32,000 nt of DNA from Pseudodesulfovibrio mercurii (GCF_000189295.2 NC_016803.1:1680001-1712000), one strand, 5' to 3'. Numbered from the stretch's first letter, positions 9,124 through 18,300 are shown. Numbers and translations are program-made. Notes: a model not told the origin generated them from the sequence alone.

Positions 9124-10293
9124 TCAGCAGCCGAAGCTGATTTTGTCTCCGTTGCCGAGATAGTCCTTGGAGGCCGAGCGGAAACGGGCGGTCCCGCGCA
9201 CCACCGGATAACCGGCCTCGATGAACTTCTTGGCCGTCAGGTGGCCGGTGCAGTGGTTGCAGCCGATGCGCTCGAAGCCCCATTGGCCGAGGGAGATGAC
9301 CAGGTCGTCGTATTTGGGGTCCCAATCCTCGAAGGGAGAGATGTGGAGCCCGCCGTAGATGCCGTAGAACCGGTCGTTGTCGTACTTGAGGTTGGCGTGG
9401 GCGAAGTCCGCGAACTTGAGGATGCCCTGGTGGCAGCAGCCGGAGATGAGCAGCAGCCCCTTGTCCTTGATGTTGAAGGCCAGCGAGGTCTCGCCGAACA
9501 CGCGGTTGATGATGGGCACGTCGAACTTGAGCAGCGCCATGCCCGGGATGATCGGGGTGATGGGCTTGTCCGCGATGGTCATTTCGCCCTTGTAGCCGCA
9601 GTCCTTGATGTACTGGAGGCCTTCCTTGTAGAAGCCGTCGTGCACGTACAGGGGGATGCGGTTGTCGTACTTGACCGTGACCGGCAGGCCCCAGAAGTGA
9701 TCCCAGTGCTCATGGGAGATGAACAGGGCCTCGATCTGCTGCTCCTCGAGCATCTTGTCGATGCCCTCGCGCTTGAAGCTGTTTTCCATCCACTCGTAGG
9801 ACCAGCCGGTATCCAGCAGGTACTTGTGGATCGTGCCGTCCAGGTCCTCGACCTCCAGCAGGCAGGAATAGCCGCCCGGGTTCTCCGGGTGCAGGGCCAG
9901 CTTCTTCTGGAGATCCCAGGCCTTTTGCAGGTCGTTGGGCAGGAGTTCCTTGATGGAGGCGATACCCTCGTCGTAGGAGCCCTTGGCCGATCCCTTGCCG
10001 TTGGCGAACGGGGCCCAGTTCAGGGTGTACTGGTTGACCAGCAGGCCGCCGGCCTCGTGGATGTCGCCGATCAGGTGGGCGTTGTTGAACCAGCTCGTCT
10101 CGGAGATGTTGGTCACCCGGACGCTACGGCAGGCGCCGAAGTCCTGCATCTTTCTTTCGACCTTGGGCAGCCGGTTGTATGCCGAGGAGGTATAGGAGTA
10201 CATCCCCATGCTGGCGAACGCACCGGCGACCAGGCCGGTGGCGGCGCCCTTCACGAAGTCGCGTCTGCTGATGTTTTTCTTGTCGTTGCTCAT
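9124..10293 (-). CDS. Tat-exported MBL-fold (metallo-beta-lactamase superfamily, COG1237-like) metallo-hydrolase
   Basis: 389 aa. Twin-arginine signal MSNDKKNISRRDFVKGAATGLVAGAFASMG. HxHxDH metal motif FISHEHWDHFWG. AAGGAG SD before ATG 10293. Confidence 0.85.
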   Translation of the reverse strand: MSNDKKNISRRDFVKGAATGLVAGAFASMGMYSYTSSAYNRLPKVERKMQDFGACRSVRVTNISETSWFNNAHLIGDIHEAGGLLVNQYTLNWAPFANGKGSAKGSYDEGIASIKELLPNDLQKAWDLQKKLALHPENPGGYSCLLEVEDLDGTIHKYLLDTGWSYEWMENSFKREGIDKMLEEQQIEALFISHEHWDHFWGLPVTVKYDNRIPLYVHDGFYKEGLQYIKDCGYKGEMTIADKPITPIIPGMALLKFDVPIINRVFGETSLAFNIKDKGLLLISGCCHQGILKFADFAHANLKYDNDRFYGIYGGLHISPFEDWDPKYDDLVISLGQWGFERIGCNHCTGHLTAKKFIEAGYPVVRGTARFRSASKDYLGNGDKISFGC

Positions 10294-10314
10294 TATATTC
10301 TCCTTGTTCCCCGC

Positions 10315-11718
10315 TTAGTTGATGACGGTGAAGTTGGCACCGACCCAGGGCAGGGCGCTGATGATGACGAAGTAGAACAGCACCCCGGCGCACAACCCCA
10401 CGGCGAGCCCCTTGGCCAGGCCCGGCGTCCAAAAGACATCGTGGGCCACGACCTCTTCCTCGACCTCCTCGAGCTCGATTTCGGTCTTGGGCACGGCCTT
10501 CCAGCCCGGCCAGCCGTCCATGAACCAGACATTGATCAGGAAGATGTTGATCAGCCAGATCATCGGGATCATGGGGAACTGCTGGGGATGGGAGAATCCC
10601 TTCTGGGTTCCCAGGAACAGGTGGGAGGTCTTGTAGTAGATGATGTAGACAACGGCGGCCAGGGCGGCGCTCAACAGGGTGCGGATGCAGACGTTGACCG
10701 GGCGGCTGAACTTGGTCGGCCAGTTGTTGCAGTAGAAGGTCAGGTACAGGGAGGGCACGAGCCAGAAGATGGCCATTTCGCCGACGTGCAGCCAGCGCCA
10801 GTCCGGAGCCATCAGACGGCGGGTGCCGCGGATGGTCTCGCCCCAGACCAGATCCTGCGCGTAGTACAGGAAGAAGCACAGGCACACGGCGATGGCGATG
10901 ATGCCGAAGAAGGAGGCGATCCTGCGCAGGGCGTTGTTCTTGATCAGGTTGAAGGGATAGCGTTCCCATATGGTCTCGAAAAGCCAGACCACCACGGTGC
11001 AGCACATGATCCAGGCGATGTGGAAGTTGCCGGACACCGTGTTGGCGAATTTTTCCCAATAAGGCGGACAGATGGCCGTGAACTTCTGCCAGGGGTAGAA
11101 GAGGATGGCCATATGCGAATGCATGGTCAGGAAGTAGACGATCTTGCTCAGGAAGAAGGTGACCACCGCGATAGTGATGCCGCGGGCGGGCTGTTCCAGC
11201 TTCTGCCAGGGCGCGTTTTCGCAAGCCACCACCCAGCTCGGCGAGAGCCAGGAGGCGATGGCGGCGAACATCATGATCGCCTCGGCCGCGTATTCAATGG
11301 AATAGAAGTCGGTGATGCCCATGGCTTCGAGCCTGGCCGGGTTGAAGTAGGCGATGCCGAAGTTGCCGAGGATCTCGACGAAGAAGCCCTTGATGAGGAT
11401 GACCATGGCCGCCACGCTGACGAGCGTGAGCACCGCACCCTTGACCAGGGGATGCGTGTTTTTGAGCCAGGACCGCTTGAAGGGCCAGAAATCGAAAATG
11501 TAGGCGACCCAGATGAAGAGGATGAGGAGCCAGCGGCAGACCATGTAGCCCACATAGGGGGTATACATGCGCATGAGCCCGCGCGGATCCTGGAATATCC
11601 ACCAGGTGGCGTAGAAAAAGGCGAGGATGACGATCGTATTCACCAGCGCGGGGATAGGCCCGCTCCAACGTTTGACCAGCTTCCGACTCTCAAGGTAGCT
11701 GACACTACTGCTGTCCAT
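10315..11718 (-). CDS. Polytopic inner-membrane protein (about 11 TM helices, very Trp/Phe/Tyr-rich), family not recognised
   Basis: 467 aa with regularly spaced hydrophobic segments. AGGAG SD. It is 21 nt upstream of the MBL gene, so they are likely co-translated as one operon. Confidence 0.75.
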   Translation of the reverse strand: MDSSSVSYLESRKLVKRWSGPIPALVNTIVILAFFYATWWIFQDPRGLMRMYTPYVGYMVCRWLLILFIWVAYIFDFWPFKRSWLKNTHPLVKGAVLTLVSVAAMVILIKGFFVEILGNFGIAYFNPARLEAMGITDFYSIEYAAEAIMMFAAIASWLSPSWVVACENAPWQKLEQPARGITIAVVTFFLSKIVYFLTMHSHMAILFYPWQKFTAICPPYWEKFANTVSGNFHIAWIMCCTVVVWLFETIWERYPFNLIKNNALRRIASFFGIIAIAVCLCFFLYYAQDLVWGETIRGTRRLMAPDWRWLHVGEMAIFWLVPSLYLTFYCNNWPTKFSRPVNVCIRTLLSAALAAVVYIIYYKTSHLFLGTQKGFSHPQQFPMIPMIWLINIFLINVWFMDGWPGWKAVPKTEIELEEVEEEVVAHDVFWTPGLAKGLAVGLCAGVLFYFVIISALPWVGANFTVIN

Positions 11719-11781
11719 TTTACACTCCTACCCAAGTTGGCCGGTCGGGGGTGATCGGTCCCCGAGCCGTAACTCTGCTTG

Positions 11782-11997
11782 TTACAATGTTGTTGTGGGG
11801 GCAGATTTCGAAATCATGGTTTCCAATTGTTCAAGGGTAACGGTAGCCGGATCGATGCCCATGGCCATGGCGCGGAGGAACAGCTCCTTTTCCGTCAAGG
11901 GCGCGGTCGTTTCCGTTGATTGTGCAGTGCCCCGGAGTCGCTCCCCCGTCTGGCCACCGAACGGCATCAATCGGCTGAAAAATTCTCTTCGTTTCAT
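11782..11997 (-). CDS. Small (71 aa) protein with an N-terminal RR motif (MKRREFFSRL) but no hydrophobic h-region; hypothetical
   Basis: The ORF sits between the GntR gene and the membrane gene (gaps of 33 and 63 nt). It has a plausible helical C-part (ELFLRAMAMGIDPATVTLEQLETMI). SD is weak and third-position GC is lower than in neighbouring genes. Confidence 0.5.
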   Translation of the reverse strand: MKRREFFSRLMPFGGQTGERLRGTAQSTETTAPLTEKELFLRAMAMGIDPATVTLEQLETMISKSAPTTTL

Positions 11998-12030
11998 CGT
12001 GCAACCCGGTCCGTCGTTCGAGCGGGGAAA

Positions 12031-12711
12031 TCAGTATTCCGGCAGGACCAGCCGACGCAGGGCCTGCACGCACTCCTTGGCGAGCTGTTCGGCGCTGTCG
12101 GCCTGGCCGCCCTTGAGCGCGTTGAACAGCTCGACATGGTAGGCGAACAGGGAGTCCACCTGCACCTCGGCGAGCCCTCCCCCGCTGTTCGAAAGGGTGG
12201 CGGAAGCCATCCCCAGCTCCTTGAGGAACAGCGTGAGGTAGTCGTTGGACGCGATCTCGGCCAGGGCGAGATAGAAGTAGATGAAGCGGTGTCCGATGGT
12301 CGGCAGGTCCGAGTTGACGATGGTCTGGCCGATGTCGGACGTGGCCTGCTCCAGCCTGGCGATGTCCGGGGCGGAGAGCTTGCCCGCCTGGGAGCGCGCC
12401 AGGCCGGGCGCGATCATGCTCAGCGCCTCGATCACCTGACGGAACGCGGTCGCGTTCGTGCGGACGCGCAGGCTTTCCCAGTTCAGGCGACCCTCCAGGC
12501 TCTTCAGGTAGCAGCCGCTCTTCTCCCGAATCTCGAGATAGCCCATGGATTCGAGGTTGCAGAGGGCCTCGCGCACGGTGTTCCGGCTTGTATCGAACAT
12601 GGTCGCCAGCCGGCGTTCCCCGGGCAGCTTGTCGCCGATTGAAAAGGCCCCGCCGTTGAGCATGTCCACCATCTTGCGGCAAATAATGGGTCGTTGTGTT
12701 GTTGTCTGCAT
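12031..12711 (-). CDS. GntR-family transcriptional regulator, FadR subfamily (wHTH + FCD ligand-binding domain)
   Basis: 226 aa. wHTH signature GDKLPGERRLATMFDTSRNTVREALCNLESMGYLEIRE. All-helical C-terminal domain. No obvious SD upstream of ATG 12711, so the start is uncertain; the alternative is M14. Confidence 0.85.
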   Translation of the reverse strand: MQTTTQRPIICRKMVDMLNGGAFSIGDKLPGERRLATMFDTSRNTVREALCNLESMGYLEIREKSGCYLKSLEGRLNWESLRVRTNATAFRQVIEALSMIAPGLARSQAGKLSAPDIARLEQATSDIGQTIVNSDLPTIGHRFIYFYLALAEIASNDYLTLFLKELGMASATLSNSGGGLAEVQVDSLFAYHVELFNALKGGQADSAEQLAKECVQALRRLVLPEY

Positions 12712-12713
12712 AT

Positions 12714-12726
12714 CTGGCCCAACCAG
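12714..12726. promoter_or_regulatory. FadR/GntR-type operator-like half-palindrome CTGGCCCAACCAG, abutting the GntR start codon
   Basis: Matches the t.GT-N3-AC.a architecture used by the FadR subfamily, with one arm mismatch. It is part of a ~20-bp direct repeat with the site at 12820. Confidence 0.45.
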
Positions 12727-12750
12727 TTTGAGGTTACGACTTTCGACTCA

Positions 12751-12764
12751 CTGTTTTAAAACAG
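12751..12764. promoter_or_regulatory. Perfect 14-bp AT-rich palindrome CTGTTTTAAAACAG in the GntR upstream region
   Basis: Read directly from the sequence. It lies in a markedly AT-rich intergenic island (12712-12995). Confidence 0.35.
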
Positions 12765-12819
12765 CATTACGGCTTCAAAAATGTATATGGCAAGGGTAAA
12801 CGCAAAAAAATGTTTCAAA

Positions 12820-12832
12820 CTGGTCCAACCAG
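12820..12832. promoter_or_regulatory. FadR/GntR-type operator candidate CTGGTCCAACCAG (perfect TGGT-N3-ACCA palindrome)
   Basis: Perfect inverted arms CTGGT/ACCAG. The flanks (AAACTGGTCCAACCAGATTTGAG) repeat the sequence at 12712-12733. Confidence 0.5.
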
Positions 12833-12997
12833 ATTTGAGAACAAGAAATCGAAAAGCGGGACATTTTTCGTGAACCGCCTCAATTTTCTATGGAATTATG
12901 GGAAAAAACCGATTGTCCGTGGAGAACGCGAAAAAACGGCGTCCGCTCCGGTTACGGAACGGAAACAATCGGAGGGGCCGAGGTGGTTGGGCCAGAA

Positions 12998-14275
12998 TCA
13001 GCGCTTTCGGGCCAGGCAGCGTTCCAGGTTGACGAGGAATTCCTGGTGCAGTTCCTTCAGCGGGGCGTCGGAATCCGGATCATAGCTGTCGGGCTCGGTC
13101 GAGCAGAAGATCAGCACGTAGGCCAATTCGCCGTCGGTGAAAAACGGCTGTGCGTAATAGGAGCGGATGCCGTGGGGGATGAACAGGGCCCAGTCGATGG
13201 CCTTGATGCTCTTGGATGTCTCCGCCACCACATGGCAGGGCTGGTTGAAACGCAGGATGCTCTCCGCGATGGACCCCTCATAGGGATGCGCGAGTTCTTC
13301 GGGGTCCTTGTCGAACGGAGCGCCCACGCCGGTGACCGAGACGACGTTCCTGTTGATGAAGATGCGCGACAGGAGCAGGCCGTTGGTGGGGGAGCGCCTG
13401 GGGAGGGCCTTGAGCAGGGCCTTGAGCAGCGTTTTGACCGAGGCGCAGCGCCGCAGGGAGGCGACGGAAAATCCGGTGGACACGGTGTCGTTGCCCCTCA
13501 CGGGCAATCCCTTGCAGGCCGTGCAGTTGTTGTGATGGTACAGCGTCATCCAGAGGAGATTGTCCTCCTGCCGCGCGATGGCCTGGATGTGGGCGGTACA
13601 GAGATGGCTCTGGCCCAGCGCGTCGGTTATGAGCAACCCCCCGTTCCAGTGGTCCGAAAAGATGAGTTCCTCGTAAATCTGATACAGGGCGGTGTCCGGA
13701 TTGTCGCGCAGCAGGTCCTGGAGGGTCAGGCGCGACAAGGCCTGGTCGTCGTGCCCCAGGAATTGCCGGGCGGCCTGGTTGGCCAGATGGACGGTCCGGT
13801 CCACGAAACGGACCAGCAGGACGGGGTCGTCCACCAAGTCGATCCTGTCCGCCAGCTTGGGGCTCCCGGAGGCCTTGAGGATGGTTTCCGCATGGACGGA
13901 GATGTCCATGAGAATCCCCAGGGAGCAACGCGGGTAGGCCGGGTCGGGCATGCCCATCAGTTTGAACCATTTCATCTGCCCGGATTCCGTGCGCACCCGG
14001 AAGGAACAGGCCGTTCTCCTGCGGCTGAGGATCAGCTGATGGCAGGAGCGGAATTGCTGCCTGTCCTCGGGGAGGATGACCTCCTGGGGAATCTGCGGAT
14101 TCTGCAGCACGGCCCTGATCCGTTCCCCCTCGGGGGAGGCCGCGTATTTGTTCAGGAACGTGATCTCGTTGCTGACCACGTCGATTCGCCAGACAATCCC
14201 GGGAAGTTCTTCAAAGTAATTGGCCAGGATTTTTTCTTCGGGATGGCTGTCCGGTTTTACACTGAGATCCGGCAT
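12998..14275 (-). CDS. Stand-alone sensor protein: two PAS-like domains + C-terminal GAF-like domain, no recognisable output domain
   Basis: I place the start at ATG 14275 (MPDLSVKPDS...) with AAGGA SD; the ORF-track extension to 14674 is Arg/Pro-rich junk. PAS-like segments: ELPGIVWRIDVVSNEITFLNKYAA... and VLLVRFVDRTVHLANQAARQFLGH... No HisKA, HATPase, GGDEF or HTH motifs. Confidence 0.7.
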   Translation of the reverse strand: MPDLSVKPDSHPEEKILANYFEELPGIVWRIDVVSNEITFLNKYAASPEGERIRAVLQNPQIPQEVILPEDRQQFRSCHQLILSRRRTACSFRVRTESGQMKWFKLMGMPDPAYPRCSLGILMDISVHAETILKASGSPKLADRIDLVDDPVLLVRFVDRTVHLANQAARQFLGHDDQALSRLTLQDLLRDNPDTALYQIYEELIFSDHWNGGLLITDALGQSHLCTAHIQAIARQEDNLLWMTLYHHNNCTACKGLPVRGNDTVSTGFSVASLRRCASVKTLLKALLKALPRRSPTNGLLLSRIFINRNVVSVTGVGAPFDKDPEELAHPYEGSIAESILRFNQPCHVVAETSKSIKAIDWALFIPHGIRSYYAQPFFTDGELAYVLIFCSTEPDSYDPDSDAPLKELHQEFLVNLERCLARKR

Positions 14276-14601
14276 GAGTTTCCTTTGTCGTGATACGGGA
14301 ATGTTGATCGGCAGCCCGAGTCTTAACGCATTTTGAGAACGATTGGCAATCAGCGGCGGAGTTGGCCCCACCACTATGCGCAACTTACGGGAAAAGCGGG
14401 GAGAAATTGCGGGCGTCGGCGCTGCTTCGACAGCGTCACGGCGGGTAGTCCGGGACGGTATGGAGGGTATGGCGTCAGGATGGGCGTGGGGTACGATCGG
14501 CTTTTTCCTGTCCTTTATTTCATGGGAAGCACACGGCCCCGCGCGGCTCGCAGAGCCTTTTAGCCTGCCCGCCCCCCGGACGCGCGGCCTGGCCCTCCCT
14601 A

Positions 14602-14671
14602 ATTCCACACGAATATCGAAGCGCCCATGCCGCCCCGGCATTATGTCTATATTGACATAATTGTGTGGAAT
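14602..14671. promoter_or_regulatory. AT-rich island with nested inverted repeats; probable operator/promoter region between the PAS gene and fdhA
   Basis: Outer inverted repeat ATTCCACAC (14602-14610) / GTGTGGAAT (14663-14671). Inner palindrome TTATGTC-N6-GACATAA (14641-14660). Small hairpin ATGCCG-ccc-CGGCAT (14627-14641). Confidence 0.4.
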
Positions 14672-15365
14672 CATTGTATTGTTTTGTTCTGTTGCCCGGT
14701 TTTTTCCCGTTATCTAGGGTGAGAATGAACCAAAAGTCCACCCGTTCGGCCGGGCGGCGGCGACGCCGTCACGAACGGGTGCGGGATCGCCTTCCGGGGA
14801 AGGGCTCCGGGAGGCTGGCCCGTGTGGATCGGCCGCAATGCAGGGGAAGGTATGCTCGCAGTCCGACACGCGAAACACGTCCCACAGAACAAGCCCGCCG
14901 AGCCGGCGTTCCCGGCCCGGCGATGCTGAGGGGGAGCCCATGGGCACCAGGTCCGGTTCCCTTCGATCCCCGCTCCCGCAAGCGCCGCCTCGCCCCGCGC
15001 CGTCTCGCCCCGCGCCCGGTCGAAGGCCGGTGCGGCCGCGCGCTGACGCCTCCTCGTCCTCCCCGCCTGTCCCGAGAGCAACCCGCCATGGCGGGTTTCA
15101 CCATACCGTCGATGGAGGAATCCATGTCCGCATCCATCCGTAACAAGCCGTCATCCCTCCCGTCGGCCGCCTGTGTCCCGTTTTCGGGACTCGGGCACGC
15201 CATGGCGGCGGTGAAGGCCGTGGCCCGATACGCCCGCCCCGACCCGGAGACCGCCCCTGCCCTGCGGCCGGTCCCCGGACCCGCCGGGGCCCGTCGCCAC
15301 GACCTGCTGCGCCGTCTTTGCCGGGAACCACGGGCCGGATGACACACCAAACCAAAGGAGTGGGT

Positions 15366-18300
15366 ATGACCGTCAACAGAAGAAGCTTTCTCAAACTGGC
15401 CGCAGTGACCGCCGTTTCGTCGGCGTTCTGCGGGCTGGGATTCGGGTCCGAGGCCCTGGCCGTGGACCGGATCGCCATGCTCCAGCCCCAGTGGAGCAAA
15501 CAGACGACCTCGGTCTGCTGTTACTGCGCCGTGGGCTGCGGCCTGATCGTCAACACCGACCTCAAGACCAAGCGGGCCGTCAACGTCGAGGGCGACCCGG
15601 ACCATCCCATCAACGAGGGGGCCACCTGCGCCAAGGGCGCGTCCATCTGGCAGCTGGCCGAGAACGACCTGCGGCCGAAGCGCCCCATGTACCGCGCGCC
15701 CCATGCCACGGAATGGAAGGAGGTCTCCTGGGAGTGGGCCCTGGGTGAAATCGCCAAGCGGGTCAAGAAGACGCGCGACGCCAGCTTCACCGAAAAGAAC
15801 GCCAAGGGGCAGGTGGTCAACCGCTGCAACGGCCTGGCCTCGGTGGGCTCGGCGGCCATCGACAACGAGGAGTGCTGGACCTACCAGGCCATGCTCCGCG
15901 CCCTGGGCCTGGTCTGGATCGAGCACCAGGCGCGCATCTGCCACAGCTCCACGGTGGCGGCCCTGGCCGAGAGCTTCGGACGCGGGGCCATGACCAACCA
16001 CTGGAACGACATTGCCAACAGCGACTGCATCCTGATCATGGGCAGCAACGCGGCCGAGAACCACCCCATCTCCTTCAAGTGGGTGACCGAGGCCATGACC
16101 AGGGGGGCCAAGCTCATCCACATCGACCCGCGCTTCACCCGCACCTCGGCCAAGGCGGACCTCTACTGCCAAATCCGTGCGGGCTCGGACATCGCGGTCC
16201 TCGGCGGGCTGATCAAGTACATCCTGGACAACGACCTGATTCAGAAGGACTACGTGGTCAGCCACACCAACGCGACCTTCGTGGTCGGCGACAAGTACGA
16301 CTTCCATGACGGGCTGTTCAGCGGCTACCACAAGAACGGCGACGACGCGGACTACGCGGGGGCCTACGACAAGTCCCAGTGGGCCTACAAGACGGACGCC
16401 CAGGGGCTGCCGGTGCGGGACGAGACCCTGACCGACCCCCGGTGCGTGTACAACCTGCTCAAACGGCACTACGCCCGCTACACCGTGGACAAGGTCGTCA
16501 GCGCCTCGGGCATCGACCGCGACGGGCTGCTCGAATTCTACAAGAGCTTCGCGGCCACGGGCAAGCCGGACAGGGCCGGGACCATCATGTACGCCATGGG
16601 CTGGACCCAGCACACCGTGGGCACGCAGTACATCCGGACCATGTCCATGGTCCAGTTGCTGCTCGGCAACATCGGCGTGTCCGGCGGCGGGGTCAACGCC
16701 CTGCGCGGCGAGTCCAACGTCCAGGGGTCCACGGACCACTGTCTGCTGTGGCACATCCTGCCCGGCTACCTGGCCATGCCCAACGCCTCCCTCTCGACCT
16801 ACGAGGCATACGTCGCCGCCAAGGCCAAGCCGCACCTGCAAGGGGCCAAGGACCCCAAGAGCGCGGCCTGGTGGCAGTACTACCCGAAATACATGTCGAG
16901 CTTCCTCAAGGCCATGTACCCCGAGGCCACGGCCGACCAGGCCTACGCCTGGCTGCCCAAGGCCGAGGACGGCACGACCTACACCTGGCTCCAGCTCTTC
17001 GAGGCCATGGACAAAAAGGCCTTCACCGGCTTCTTCGCCTGGGGCATGAACCCGGCCTGCGGCGGGGCCAACGCGGGCAAGAACCGGCGGGCCATGGCCA
17101 ACCTGGACTGGATGGTCAACGTCAACATCTTCGACAACGAGACCGGCTCCTTCTGGCGCGGGCCCGGCGTGGACCCGAAGAAGGTCAAGACCGAGGTCTT
17201 CTTCCTGCCCTGCTGCGTGTCCATCGAGAAGGAGGGGTCCATCACCAACTCAGGCCGCTGGATGCAGTGGCGCTACCAGGGGCCCGACCCCAGGGGCGAG
17301 TCCAAGTCCGACGGCCACATCATGACCGAGCTGTTCGAGGCCGTCCGCGCCCTGTACGCCAAGGAGGGCGGCGCCTTCCCCGAGCCCATCAGTAATCTGG
17401 CCGTGGAGATGTGGAAGAAGGACGGGCAGTACGACTCCAACCAAGTGGCCAAGCTGATCAACGGCTACTTCCTCAGGGACGTGACCATCAAGGGCACGAC
17501 CTACAGGAAGGGCACGCTGGTGCCGAGCTTCACCCTGCTCCAGGACGACGGCTCCACCAGCTCGGGCAACTGGCTGTACTGCAACTCATACACCGAGCAG
17601 GGCAACATGGGCGCGCGCCGGAGCACCGCGCAGACCCCGGAGCAGGCCAGGATCGGGCTGTTCCCCAACTGGTCCTGGTGCTGGCCGCTGAACCGGCGGA
17701 TCATCTACAACCGCGCCTCCTGCGACAACACGGGCAAGCCCTACGCCCCGCAGAAGCCGGTGATCACCTGGAACGGCGAGAAGTGGGTCGGCGACGTGCC
17801 GGACGGCGGATGGGCCCCGGGCACCAAGTACGCCTTCATCATGCAGCCCCACGGCCACGGCCGCATCTTCGGCCCCGGCCGCCAGGACGGCCCCTTCCCC
17901 GAGCACTACGAGCCCATGGAGACCCTGTTCAAGACGCACGAGTTCTCGGCCCAATTGAACAACCCCACCGCCCTGCGCTTCGCCCACGAACCCATGGCCG
18001 TGGCCGATCCCAAGTATCCTTACGTGGTCACGACCTACCGCGTGACCGAGCACTGGCAGACCGGCCTGATGACCCGCCACACCCCGTGGCTGCTCGAAAC
18101 CATGCCGCAGATCTTCGTGGAGATGAGCGAGGAGCTGGCCAGGGAAAAGGGCATCGCCAACGGCGAGAAGGTCACGGTCGAGTCCATCCGGGGCAGCATC
18201 TGGGCCATCGCCATCGTGACCAAGCGGATGCACCCGCTGACGGTCATGGGCAGGACCGTGTACCAGATCGGCCTGCCCTGGTGCTTCGGCTGGCAGATGC

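Noticed and set aside
7120-11754. Giant 1544-aa ORF on the + strand
   Set aside because: It is antisense to five well-supported minus-strand genes (COG0523 fusion, MBL, membrane protein and others). Its composition is Gly/Arg/Val/Asp/His-rich low complexity, with no motifs and no SD. This is the typical stop-codon-poor antisense frame of high-GC DNA.
12810-13085. 91-aa + strand ORF in the AT-rich island
   Set aside because: It overlaps the 3' end of the PAS/GAF gene, is Lys/Arg-rich, and has no SD. It is more likely regulatory DNA.
14665-15342. 225-aa ORF in the fdhA upstream region (and its possible 84-aa C-terminal sub-ORF from 15088)
   Set aside because: It is extremely Arg/Pro-rich, has no SD, no recognisable domain, and weaker third-position GC bias than real genes here. 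I treat the region as non-coding, but the small sub-ORF cannot be fully excluded without conservation or ribosome-profiling data.
14769-16841. 690-aa minus-strand ORF
   Set aside because: It is antisense to fdhA, whose Tat signal, Fe-S motif and active-site region are unmistakable.
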